Origin: Chrysomallon squamiferum
Taxonomy: Eukaryota; Animalia; Mollusca
DNA: 64,000 nucleotides
Reading direction: 5' to 3'
NCBI GenBank assembly: GCA_012295275.1
Contig: CM022675.1
Span: forward strand, 16,368,001 to 16,432,000
Below are positions 25,786 to 39,164 of this stretch, one piece after another (position 1 is the stretch's first letter; every line of letters begins with the position of its first letter). The translations under genes and the position numbers were made by a program. The notes below the pieces were generated by a model, which had not been told where the DNA came from, made no database searches, and saw only the letters and a program-made list of their open reading frames with translations.

Positions 25786-27853
25786 CACTAGAGGAATACA
25801 CACAACACCAGTTAAGGTTCACGTTAATTGTTTAATTATGATAATCACGTGACTTGATAATAATACATTATACAATCATAAAACATATGTTTAAGTAATT
25901 TTGATTAATGATATGAGAAAGATCATACAAATACACAATAACAAAAAGAAAATAATTTTCACAGACACTGGCGCGTGAACATCAAAGTGACTGTTCTCAT
26001 TTGGTATCATGTGGACACGTTACGCTACAAAAACTTCATATCGGTCAGTTCTGAGTACGTTGTTGTAAAATAATACTTAAAACCATAACACGTTTTTGTA
26101 AAAAAAAATTATATAAGTATTTATTTCCATTTTCAATGCATGTAAAAAGCAAATTAATTCGAATTATTACCCTGATACATTCATTATAGTGCAGTTTTAG
26201 GAACAAAAAAAAAGCAGTATGTAAAGGTCCGTCAACCGGCTGTATAAAAAAAATAGTTAAAAATTATTTTTTCACTCTTGTTCATTACTAAGCGCTTCAT
26301 ATTAAACTAAACTGGTATTTTTGAGCTGATTGTGTGGTAAAGTTATCAGAAAGATGGGTGGGTGTCAGATGTTTGAACAGGAGAGCACTTTCAGCGCTTC
26401 CACAGTCTCGTCTCTCTCTGTCTCTCTGTCTCTCACAGTGAACTTATGGTTTATAGGATAACCACTCTACTTTGCTGACTGTTTACTATTTAAAAGCAGC
26501 CGTGCATTGCTTAACAGTTTTTTTACTTATTATTTTCTTTTCTTTTCTTTTCTTTATTTTCTTTAGATTTTTTTTTTTTTTTTTTATTATTATTATTTTT
26601 TTATATTTCAATAAAAGTAATGAAAGACGGAATATTCATGTCGCCCTCATTATCGATTTGTATATTTTTCTTTTGTCTATCTTCACGTTTTTAAAAAATT
26701 ATTTATGTATTTTTATTTTTCATTTTTTAAAAAATCTTTTTTTATGCTGCTTTCATATTACTATTTTAAAATAAAATAAAATGTATACTCAACAACACTT
26801 GTTTATAAGTTTATAATATTACTTTTGCAATTCTTAATCCTTTTTTTAAATTATTATTATTAGTAGTAGTAGTAGTACTAGTAGTAGCTGCAGTCTTGAC
26901 TATTTTATTTTAAGAAAGTTACCCTAATTTCAAAAAATTATTGCACTTTTTAATTCTTAAAGTATATGCTTAATTTGTGCATTTATATTACTGCAAAGCT
27001 GTAAAATTTCTAAATAAAATGTTTACATCAATTTCTCATTTGTTTTAATTAGTTGAATACTGCAAAGTATCAAGTTACAAACTGTTTAAATTTTATAAAG
27101 TCAGCTTTTTAATTACAGTTTGAATGTACATTTGTGATGTACATATTAATAAATTAATATTAGCAAAATATGTACATATTAGTAAAATATATCTAAATTA
27201 AGACTGATCATCAGTTGCTGACTTCATCATCCTATTAATACTTGCATATTTGACGGGTTCAGGGGTTTGTTTCTCCCCCACCAACCAAATGGCTTGATAA
27301 TGGTTTACATGTTTCCATGAGAACTGGCTTCATCGCTCGATGATTCCTATTGAAGTCAAAATAAAACAGTTATTAATATAACTTATTACTTTCATTAAAT
27401 AACATCTTTAGAACTGTCGGATCTAAAAATGACGCCTTGTTGTGAACGGCGTCTGACAGTCTATGAAATTCATGGTGTACAACTGTTTATACTTAAAATG
27501 AGATGTTAAATGTGATGAACTGACATCCTTCGCACGGCCGCAGTTTGGGTGACCCTGGTGTAGATACAATTTATTTTTATTATCATAATTATTCTTTTCT
27601 TCTTTTTCCCTTCTTCTTCTTTTTTTATTTTTATTTTATTATTATTTTTTTTTAATTATTATTCACCTAGGTAAAAATTAAATGCAACAATAAAACATTA
27701 TATGTACAGATTAGCTTCAGTTAGTTGTCTGTTTTTATTGGTTTTCTGTATTTGTTAGAGATCTGTAAAACAAATGAATTAATATTTAAACACACCTCAG
27801 TGGTTAGTAAGTGAAGCATGTTTGTAAAAGTAAACATATTGGGGGTTTTATAT

Positions 27854-27900
<47 letters not shown>

Positions 27901-28379
27901 GTAATAATTACATTGAAATAATTATATTATCTTTTTAATAACAGTTTCATCCAAGTAAATATGTTCTTTTTATAAAGTAATTATATCAGAGATTATGTTG
28001 TTTTTTATATAATAATTATATCAAGAATATATATTATTTTTATATATATAATAATTATACCAGGCTAAATATAATGCTTTCATGCAGTAATTATATCAGA
28101 GTAAATATTCAGGTTTTAAATAATAATTATAATCATATTTACGTTTCTGTTATCAGTCACCTGTATAGCATTTGTTTTCATTTCACTCATATGTAATGAA
28201 GATATGGCGGATGCTACGTACTTTCAATTCACGTTAGAAAAATGTGTGATTTACACTGGTTTTTCTTTGTTTACAAGTACACTGATAAAAAACACAAAGT
28301 ATCCACTGCAGGTCTTGTCTTATTTTTAGTGTCCTGCAAAGTTCCAATAAAGATAATTCATATATTTTTAATATATATG

Positions 28380-28415
<36 letters not shown>

Positions 28416-29755
28416 AATATATTAAATAAATAATTAATGCTACACATTTACTTTGTTATCATAACCTTTACATTTTTGTTTCTGTATTGATTAAATAGTT
28501 TAAGGAAGACACACACGTAACATGTGAAGTGTTAACAGTTATTTTCTATCTTTTTTATCTTAAGACTAGTACCTTACTATATACTCGTACACAGATAATA
28601 CTTTATTAGAACGTCAACACAACTTCAGCTGGTAACAAGGAGATTTAGAAAAGTACTGGTATTATTTAATCAAGTCTAAATATGAAAAGAAAAATAACAA
28701 ACAACAGCAGTCAATTTACAGATGACTTTTTACTTTTTGCTTCTTTTAAAGTTTTATCTTTATTTATTTTTTATGATTTTTATTTTTATTAATTTTTTTA
28801 AATAAAAGTTTTATTCATAAACGAAGAGCCTAATAACAAGGAGGACGATTCAATTAGACTGTAAAGCAAATTTTAACAAAGCAGTCAGCAGTTTAAACAA
28901 CTTCATTCATTTGTCTTGAATCCTATTTAGTATTATTCAGATCATACACTTTCATCAGTTTAGCCACTGTACTTCAGTTTCACTTACCTAAAAGTTCAGA
29001 GTTAATACAGAGGTCATAATGCAAGGTATTCCCCACTATGTAAACTAATAATAAATATAAGAAACACAATTAGAAAATTAGTGTTTAATCTCTGCAACAG
29101 AAATAAAACATATGAAAGAAATTAAGAAAACAATATTTAATTAAGAATAATTGTACACTTGATCTACCAACCAAATTAAATTAAATAAACAAGAAAATAA
29201 TAATTAACTACATGAAAGAAACTTTTGCATTTGTGTTTTATTTATATTAGCGTACTGGTTCAACCTCTTTATTTCTAAATGAAGTCAGTTTTTCTCGACG
29301 TTATTTGAAAATCTGAAAATGATCAAATTTGACAGTCATAAATATTTCCTTAGTTCATGTGTGTTATCACTATTAATCAACATGAACGAACTCATCAAAT
29401 CAGTTTTTATTCTTCTTCAGTCAATTTTCTACATATACAGGCAACAGCATCTGAGTCACAGAGGTAAAAATAAAAATAAAAATAAAAATTACTCTTCTTT
29501 AGAAAAACAAATATTCATCATTTCCTCATTTAGTATGCAAAATATATAGCATAGCATATTAAATAAATAAATAAATAAATAAAAAGGTTCTTCATTATTC
29601 AGCATAGCTAATTCATGATAGCCACTCAAGTACAGATTCAGAACTGTCAGACTTTTCACTCTCATTGTCTGTTCTCTTATTATTATTTTGAACAGATTAA
29701 GGATATAATTTGTGAAAAGAAATATGTATGAAAAAGCGTCTGTTAACTTTGTTTC

Positions 29756-29806
29756 TGACGTCACCGTTTCCGAGAAGTACGTAAGACGTCAGTAAGCGAC
29801 TGACGT
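29756..29806. promoter_or_regulatory. Cluster of CRE-like sites plus a STAT/GAS-type site
   Basis: TGACGTCA 29756-29763, TTCCGAGAA 29768-29776, AGACGTCA 29784-29791 and TGACGT 29801-29806 in a CpG-rich patch. Confidence 0.3.
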
Positions 29807-30624
29807 TGTTGACAGCTAACACACAGTAGCGGCTCGGGCAAGGCAGAGTATTTTATGCCAGCTTTGAATACGAGAAAAACTCTGTAAGCTAAACATTTCT
29901 TTACAGACTAAAAATATATATGGAAGATTACTGGTTCTATTTACTGTATTATAAGATTTAAATGTAAAATAATATGTTTCGATAAACATTTTGAACAAAT
30001 GCTTCTGATAAAGAAATAATGAGAGGACGTATACTTCTCTGTGTGTGTGTGTGTATGAATTATGCACTCTTAATTTTTTGTCTTTTCCTTCTTTCTCTAG
30101 GCCTTCCAGAATTATCTCCCTTTCTCAGAATCGTACTGTAGATGCAGTTAAGATTTTAATTCAAATTCATACTAATGTGACAGGATTAGTGGGCATTTAC
30201 GTGTGCACTTGTGTGAATGACGTGTGTATGTGTGTAAGAAAGTGTGGATGTATGGGGATTCTGTTAGAGAGACACGTGTGTGTCTGAAAGCGAGAGTCCA
30301 GGATGATGTCTGTTGCTGTTTGGGAATGTGAAAGGAGGAGTGGGTACATACGTGTGTATCAGTAAGAAAGTGCGTTTGTGTGTTAAAGAGAGAGGATGGG
30401 TATGTACACGTGTGGGTGAAAGAGAGTGTGCATGTGTATGGGTGTGTTTGCGTTGAAGTGATTGGGAAAGGAGTGGGTACATACGTGTGTATGAGTAAAA
30501 AAGTGTGGTTATACGTATTTGTGTGTTAGAGAAAGGATAAGTATATGCATGTGTGAATGAAACAGTGTGCACGTGTTTGGTGCATGTGATGAAGTGTGAT
30601 AAGCATGCGAATGTGAAAGGAGTC

Positions 30625-33600
30625 GGTATATAACAGAGTGTGAAAGGTGTAGTGATATATACATGTGTGAGTGAAAGACAGGGTACATGTGAATGGGTGT
30701 AGTATGGGTGTGTGTTAGGGTGTGTGTTAGGGTGGGTACATACAGAGTGTGAAAGGTGTAGTGATATATACATGTGTGAGTGAAAGACAGGGTACATGTG
30801 AATGGGTGTAGTATGGGTGTGTGTTAGGGTGTGTGTTAGGGTGGGTACATAACAAAGTGTGAAAGGTGTAGTGATATATACATGTGTGAGTGAAAGACAG
30901 GGTACATGTGAATGGGTGTAGTATGGGTGTGTGTTAGGGTGTGTGTTAGGGTGGGTACATAACAAAGTGTGAAAGGTGTAGTGATATATACATGTGTGAG
31001 TGAAAGACAGGGTACATGTGAATGGGTGTGAATGTGTTAGGGTGTGTGTTAGGGTGTGTGTTGTGTGTGGGTGGGTACATAACAAAGTGTGAAAGGTGTA
31101 GTGATATATACATGTGTGAATGAAAGACAGGGTACATGTGAATGGGTGTAGTATGGGTGTGTGTTAGGGTGTGTGTTAGGGTGGGTACATAACAAAGTGT
31201 GAAAGGTGTAGTGGTATATACATGTGTGAATGAAAGACAGGGTACATGTGAATGGGTGTAGTATGGGTGTATGTTAGGGTGGGTACATAACAAAGTGTGA
31301 AAGGTGTAGTGATATATACATGTGTGAGTGAAAGACAGGGTACATGTGAATGGGTGTAGTATGGGTGTGTGTTAGGGTGTGTGTTAGGATTGGGTACATA
31401 CAGAGTGTGAAAGGTGTAGTGATATATACATGTGTGAGTGAAAGACAGGGTACATGTGAATGGGTGTAGTATGGGTGTGTGTTAGGGTGTGTGTTAGGGT
31501 GGGTACATAACAAAGTGTGAAAGGTGTAGTGATATATACATGTGTGAGTGAAAGACAGGGTACATGTGAATGGGTGTAGTATGGGTGTGTGTTAGGGTGT
31601 GTGTTAGGGTGGGTACATAACAAAGTGTGAAAGGTGTAGTGATATATACATGTGTGAGTGAAAGACAGGGTACATGTGAATGTGAATGGGTGTGTGTATG
31701 GGTGTGTGTTAGGGTGTGTGTTAGGGTGGGTACACACAAAGTGTGAAAAGGTGTAGTGATATATACATGTGTGAATGAAAAGACATTTACATGTACATGT
31801 GAATGGGTGTAGTATGGGTGTGTGTTAGGGTGGGTACATAACAAAGTGTGAAAGGTGTAGTGATATATACATGTGTGAGTGAAAGACAGGGTACATGTGA
31901 ATGGGTGTAGTATGGGTGTGTGTTAGGGTGTGTGTTAGGGTGGGTACATAACAAAGTGTGAAAGGTGTAGTGGTATATACATGTGTGAGTGAAAGACAGG
32001 GTACATGTGAATGGGTGTGTGTTAGGGTGTGTGTTAGGGTGGGTACATAACAAAGTGTGAAAGGTGTAGTGATATATACATGTGTGAGTGAAAGACAGGG
32101 TACATGTGAATGGGTGTAGTATGGGTGTGTGTTAGGGTGTGTGTTAGGGTGGGTTAGTGTGAAAAGGTGATTATATATACATAACAAAGTGTGAAAGGTG
32201 TAGTGGTATATACATGTGTGAATGAATATACAAGTGAAAACAGGGTACATGTGAATGGGTGTAGTATGGGTGTGTGTATGGGTGTATGTTAGGGTGGGTA
32301 CATAACAAAGTGTGAAAGGTGTAGTGATATATACATGTGTGAGTGAAAGACAGGGTACATGTGAATGGGTGTAGTATGGGTGTGTGTTAGGGTGTGTGTT
32401 AGGGTGGGTACATAACAAAGTGTGAAAGGTGTAGTGATATATACATGTGTGAGTGAAAGACAGGGTACATGTGAATGGGTGTAGTATGGGTGTGTGTTAG
32501 GGTGTGTGTTAGGGTGGGTACATACAGAGTGTGAAAGGTGTAGTGATATATACATGTGTGAGAGAAAGACAGGGTACATGTGAATGGGTGTAGTATGGGT
32601 GTGTGTTAGGGTGTGTGTTAGGGTGGGTACATAACAAAGTGTGAAAGGTGTAGTGGTATATACATGTGTGAGTGAAAGACAGGGTACATGTGAATGGGTG
32701 TAGTATGGGTGTGTGTTAGGGTGTGTGTTAGGGTGGGTACACACAGAGTGTGAAAGGTGTAGTGATATATACATGTGTGAGTGAAAGACAGGGTACATGT
32801 GAATGGGTGTAGTATGGGTGTGTGTTAGGGTGTGTGTTAGGGTGGGTACATAACAAAGTGTGAAAGGTGTAGTGATATATACATGTGTGAGTGAAAGACA
32901 GGGTACATGTGAATGGGTGTAGTATGGGTGTGTGTTAGGGTGTGTGTTAGGGTGGGTACATAACAAAGTGTGAAAGGTGTAGTGGTATATACATGTGTGA
33001 GTGAAAGACAGGGTACATGTGAATGGGTGTAGTATGGGTGTGTGTTAGGGTGTGTGTTAGGGTGTGTGTTAGGGTGGGTACATACAGAGTGTGAAAGGTG
33101 TAGTGATATATACATGTGTGAGAGAAAGACAGGGTACATGTGTATGGGTGTAGTATGGGTGTAGTATGGGTGTGTGTTAGGGTGGGTACATACAGAGTGT
33201 GAAAGGTGTAGTGATATATACATGTGTGAGTGAAAGACAGGGTACATGTGAACATGTGAATGGTGTGTGTTAGAATGTGTGGTGTGTGTTAGGGTGTGTG
33301 TTAGGGTGGGTACATAACAAAGTGTGAAAGGTGTAGTGGTATATACATGTGTGAGTGAAAGACAGGGTACATGTGAATGGGTGTAGTATGGTGTGTGTTA
33401 GGGTGTGTGTTAGGGTGGGTACATAACAAAGTGTGAAAGGTGTAGTGATATATACATGTGTGAGAGAAAGACAGGGTACATGTGTATGGGTGTAGTATGG
33501 GTGTAGTATGGGTGTGTGTTAGGGTGGGTACATAACAGAGTGTGAAAGGTGTAGTGATATATACATGTGTGAGTGAAAGACAGGGTACATGTGTATGGGT

Positions 33601-33660
33601 GTAGTATGGGTGTGTGTTAGGATGTGTGCTAGGGTGGGTACATAACAGAGTGTGAAAGGG
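30625..33660. repeat. G-rich minisatellite, ~110-bp unit, roughly 27 copies, containing TTAGGG hexamers
   Basis: Unit acataacaaagtgtgaaaggtgtagtgatatatacatgtgtgagtgaaagacagggtacatgtgaatgggtgtagtatgggtgtgtgttagggtgtgtgttagggtgggt; period 110 (30841 to 30951). Confidence 0.95.
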
Positions 33661-34969
33661 TGTGTAAAAGGTGGTTGAGATGTTTGTGGAGATGAGTTAA
33701 AATGATAATTAAATAATGTAAGATAATTTCTTTTCTTTAAAAAATACTTAATATTTTCTTTTAGGTGTTGATATGTTTTGTTATTTTTAATTGTTGATAT
33801 TTTTGTTATTTTTGATTGTTGATATTTCTTGTTATTTTTAATTGTTGATAATTAATGTATATTTAGCACTTCGAGAACGAGGTGAATGTCAAAGAATTAT
33901 AAAGCTGTAACCTGCTCTGACTCTGCCTTGATCTCAACTGTCTGCTGGGAGGTTAAACATTGGATTCTGATTTTTCAAAATTAGCATCTAGGATTCTTTT
34001 ACAAATATGATATATATATATATATATATACCTATTATCATTATATATCCGATATCATTTATTTTGTTGGACCATATAAATCTGCGTCCAAATTATTTTA
34101 GTATTCTTTTCATTAAGCCGACACTTTTAAATCTGTTTTTTCATAGTGTATGTCACAAGAAACATGTATTTTTTATGACACTAAACAACATATTTTTGTG
34201 TTTATTGAAGTCTTTGATTAAACAACATGTATTTTATTCATAATTTAGGATTGGGATAATTTGATAAGTAGTCTTAGGGATTCACTAAATAAATAAATGT
34301 ATTTTGAGTTAATTCTCCCTCATGTTAATTAACATAAGAAATAAGAACTTTAAGAAGAAATGCATAGTTATATTTAAATTATTTAATACTTAAGTGACTA
34401 AAAAATTACGGAAAAAGTAAAATTAAAATAGATTAATTTTTATTTTTTAATTCCTTCATTATAAAATATGAGAAATGTAGATATGAATTATTAAATGAGT
34501 GGTATTCACTTTTATTGTTTCAAACTTAATTGGATATATATTGTGTAACATTAAATGTTAGTAAACGATAAGAAAATTCATAGAAAAGCAAGTAAATGAA
34601 AATTGCTAAATAAATAAATAAATACAAATTAAAAATTCAGAATGTAAATAAATAAATAAATAAATAAATAAGAAAGTAAGTAAATAAGGAAGTATATAAG
34701 TAGGTGAACAAATAAATAAATAAATGAAAGTTTCAAATATTTTCAAATGATTTCATGTATTTTGAAAAACATTCTGACCAAGTAATCTTTAAGAAAAATA
34801 TTTCATAATAAGTTTAAACAAAGTGAGAATTGTTTGTATCTAAAATGCAGCGACACGGAGTCACCTGGTGAGTGATGACACCCCCACCTCGTAGTGGCTA
34901 ATACGGTAATTTGTACTTGAAAATGGATTACCGGGGGACTGTTCACCATAGGTACAAAATATCTGAAGT

Positions 34970-35361
<392 letters not shown>

Positions 35362-37463
35362 ATAATAAAACTAAACTGATACACATTTTTTTTTCTCTAC
35401 ATTACCCCATCAAAATATTATGTAGTATTTTCATAATAAAGAATTCATTTTAAATCAAATCTTAATTTATCATGGGTTTTTGTTATTCTTTCTTCTGAGC
35501 TTTTTTGTTTTTGTTTATTTGTTGTTTGTGTGTGTGGATGTGTGTGTGTATGTGTGTGTGTTTTCTTTTTTTCTTTGTGATGAATCGTTATTATTATTAT
35601 TATCATTATCATCATCATCATCTGTGTATTAATTAGCTGATATTATAGTTTAGATTAACGAACTCCATGAATGTAATATTAATTATCACCAAATAAGCTA
35701 TAGTTTAATATGATTATAAAAAATAGCAACCTTCTTCATGATGCTATGTAATTATTCATAACTTCATTAATGAAGTAAATTGCAGAAAGAATAATGTAGT
35801 TACTGTACGATTGTATAGGCGAAAAATAAATAAATAAATAAATATGGTTAATCACATGAGCGAGAAATACTTTCATTTTACTTTAAAGTGACAAACATTG
35901 GAATGGTTACCACAGAAAGTGATTCCAGACAGAAATACAGCAAGGAGATGACATAGGTTACATTAACCCTTTCTTGATTTCCATGAGTCCTGAGACACGT
36001 ACGGGATTCACAACACCTGTTTTTGACGCTCCACCATTCGACTTCTTTGTACTCGAGTCCTGCTAACTCAAACACAACTTTCTAGAGACCAACAGCCAGT
36101 CTCAGTCACTTGTAGAAGAAAGTGTTGTGTTGTTATCCTCTTTTTGTTCCCTGTGATAATTTGCTCGTCGCTGACTTTTCGTAGATGCAAAAGTCGTGAT
36201 AATTATGTTTTTAATAAAACTTTAACTTGACCAATTATTCAAAAACTAAACTGAGATAATTAATTTCATTTAAAATGCAAATATACTTTGAACGTTTGAA
36301 CTAAACATTTAGCGAAATTTTAATAAATTATTTAATATTCAAAGTAACATTAACAGATCCACTAACAATATTAGTGAGAATGGATCGAGAATCAAAAAAT
36401 GCCAGAGTGGAAGGGACAGAGATGATGACGATGTTGATGACGTTATTAGCAGGATGTAGCAGCATTGACAAATATAATGGACAAATAGCTAGAGATGAGC
36501 GGTATGAATGACTTCGTGAAACAGAAAAATATTTGTTTTACACAAAACCAGAGACACGTTGTTACGTACGATGCACGTTACTGAGAAAGAGTCGTAACGC
36601 TAGCAGTTATTTAGAGAGGAAAAAGTAAAATAGTCTACTGCAATAACAGTAACACAAAAAGTGCAACACCTGAGCTGATCAAACACCAGTGCAATAGCAA
36701 CCCTAACGATTCGGTCTTAGTTACAATACCTGTAGGGTCTTATAGTTTAGTTCTGTTGTTTTTTAGCCTTGCTTTTTTCTTTCTTTCTTTCTATCTTTGT
36801 TATTGTTATTATTATTATTATTATCATTATCATCATCGTCGTCATCATCGACATCATCATCATCATCATCATTATTACTGTTATTGTTCCTATTGTTGTT
36901 GGTGTTGTTGTTGTTACCTTTGCTTCTTTTTGTGCATGTTCTGGTATATTTGAAATATAGTGTATTTGTTTTACATATAAACAGTCTTTTGCCTCTCAGT
37001 TTTAACTTCTTTTTTCTCTTGTATCCATGCGTTCCCCAACATTGTCTGTGTGCAGTCTAACATAAGTCTGTTGAATATGTCCATTCCTAAACACATACGA
37101 ACATACCAAATACACACATACACCGGCACGTACCTGTGCATACAAATACACGTACATAAATACGTACATACGAATGTACAATCATATAGACAGATATACA
37201 TACATAGATACATACACACATACATATATACATACATGCACAAACACATAACAAATACATACAAATGTATATACGAACGTACACTCAGACATCATAATTA
37301 CATCCATAAACATATATATGCATTCATGCATACATACAGACATACGTACATACACGAAAGTGAGGTGTCTTTTCTACTGATCATCTCAGTTATTAAAGTA
37401 GTGTACTAGAGGGGTTTAAAGAAACTCGCTATAAAAATTATTTAACTAAATATCCGCGTACTG

Positions 37464-37665
37464 GAAAATTGTCAGAAATTTAGTAAAGTAATATGGTGAG
37501 TGTAAAACAGTCAGGAAGTACGTAGCTAGTCTACAACCTGCTGAGGAGTCGGACATGAGACAGCTTGACAGTTAATTTTGTACTCGCTGTTATCTGACTT
37601 TTATCAGGAAAGTAAAAGAAAACAAATAAATTGTCCGATTTAAAAAATTATCCTAAGGTCATCAC
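37464..37665 (+). promoter_or_regulatory. Conserved upstream non-coding element, copy 3 (upstream of gene B)
   Basis: Homologous to 8303-8503 and 9737-9947; CTTTTATCAGGAAAGT at 37598-37613; about 1 kb before the gene B ATG. Confidence 0.6.
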
Positions 37666-38227
37666 AAAATTTACAAGAAAAATAAACTATTTTATTATTG
37701 ACAGATAAAAACATTTACCTACGGGAAACCAAGAAATCGGTAGCATGCAGAAGTTCTTTGATTTACATTTCACCTGGGCCGACCTTCACCACGTGACACC
37801 AGATCAACCCCAGTACGTCTGTCTCTACGTGATACGTTTGACCATAAAAGGCAATAAATGCCAAAATTTAAATTAATATACACCTACAAAAAACTGAATT
37901 TCTGCACATGGTCTCGTTTTACAAATGACACACTGATATCGTATATTAAAATATTTGCAAAAATGTTTTCTAAATTCAGCGAAAATTTAGCAAATTTTCA
38001 AACTGCTAATATTCATTACCTGAGAGTGGTTTTTGATATTCATTACCTGATTTTGTCTTCTTAATAGTCTGTGAATATCAAAATTACTTTCATGTCCAGC
38101 ACGACAGAAAAATCTTTTAATAAACAAAACACACCTTACAAAATAGTGCATTTTGTATGTCTACAACATAAACACATACAATACCAAATATAAAATAACA
38201 ACAACAACAACAACAACAACAATAACA

Positions 38228-38268
<41 letters not shown>

Positions 38269-38529
38269 CTAAATGTAAAAAGATGATCACGCATAAACAG
38301 TTTAAAGAAATATTTTTGCAATGCTCAGTGAAATATTCAAAAAAAAAATAGAATAAAATAAAATTATAGAACCAAAACTTTAACAAAATACATTTGTTTT
38401 GTTGTACTATTTTAATTTGTGAATTTTATATGATAATAAACAGAGCATGGCATTAGAAATCCTTGAAGTTGTTTTCACTCATACAATTTAAAGCAGTTAA
38501 ACGAATTAAAGCGATTTTCTGATAAAATA

Positions 38530-38672
38530 GGTAGCATCTGCTAAACTTGAACAAGATGAAACATGACCTTCTACAAAAATTAATTAAGATACAGAACATC
38601 TTCTGACTATAAATAAAGGAAACATTTCTGTGTAGACATCAGAGATCTGAGAAGACGAGATCTGTATTAAAA
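38530..38672 (+). promoter_or_regulatory. Proximal promoter and 5' UTR of gene B, TATA box at 38608-38613
   Basis: Conserved with the gene A promoter at 11272-11411. Confidence 0.75.
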
Positions 38673-38730
38673 ATGTTGTTCTTACAAATATTTGTTGTTT
38701 GCATGGTAATGTTATATTCGACTTGTCAGA
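38673..38730 (+). CDS. Gene B exon 1, signal peptide
   Basis: aaaATG start, hydrophobic core, A|gtaagt donor. Confidence 0.85.
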
Positions 38731-39114
38731 GTAAGTATTATATTTATTTATACATTTGTTCTTATTTCAAACAAATTCTTTACTACTTTTTTTATTTTAT
38801 TTTTTTATCTTTTGAAACTACATATTAAATGTGGCTGATAATCGTCTATGTGTATGTATGTATGTGCGTTTGTATGTGTGTGCGTGCGTGCGCGTGCGTG
38901 CGTGCATGTAAGGGCGTTTTTGTGTGTGTGTGTGTGTGTGCTGGAGATAAGTCTAGCTATTAATATCTCAATATCGTTTTCTTTTTCCTTTTTTCCTTTT
39001 CTTTATGTTTCCGTACATTACCAACTAAGTATGTACGTTATATATATGGTTATATGTATATGGTTCCTTAGAAATATAGTACATATATATAAGATACGAT
39101 TTACAAATGATGTA

Positions 39115-39164
<50 letters not shown>

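Noticed and set aside
30264-33255. His/Thr/Pro-rich ORFs of up to 273 aa on the minus strand
   Set aside because: These are translations of the 110-bp minisatellite. The unit is not a multiple of 3, the frames shift constantly, and there is no signal peptide or splice structure.
30625-33660. True telomere or chromosome-fusion site
   Set aside because: TTAGGG never occurs in tandem; it is always separated by tgtgtg within a larger unit.
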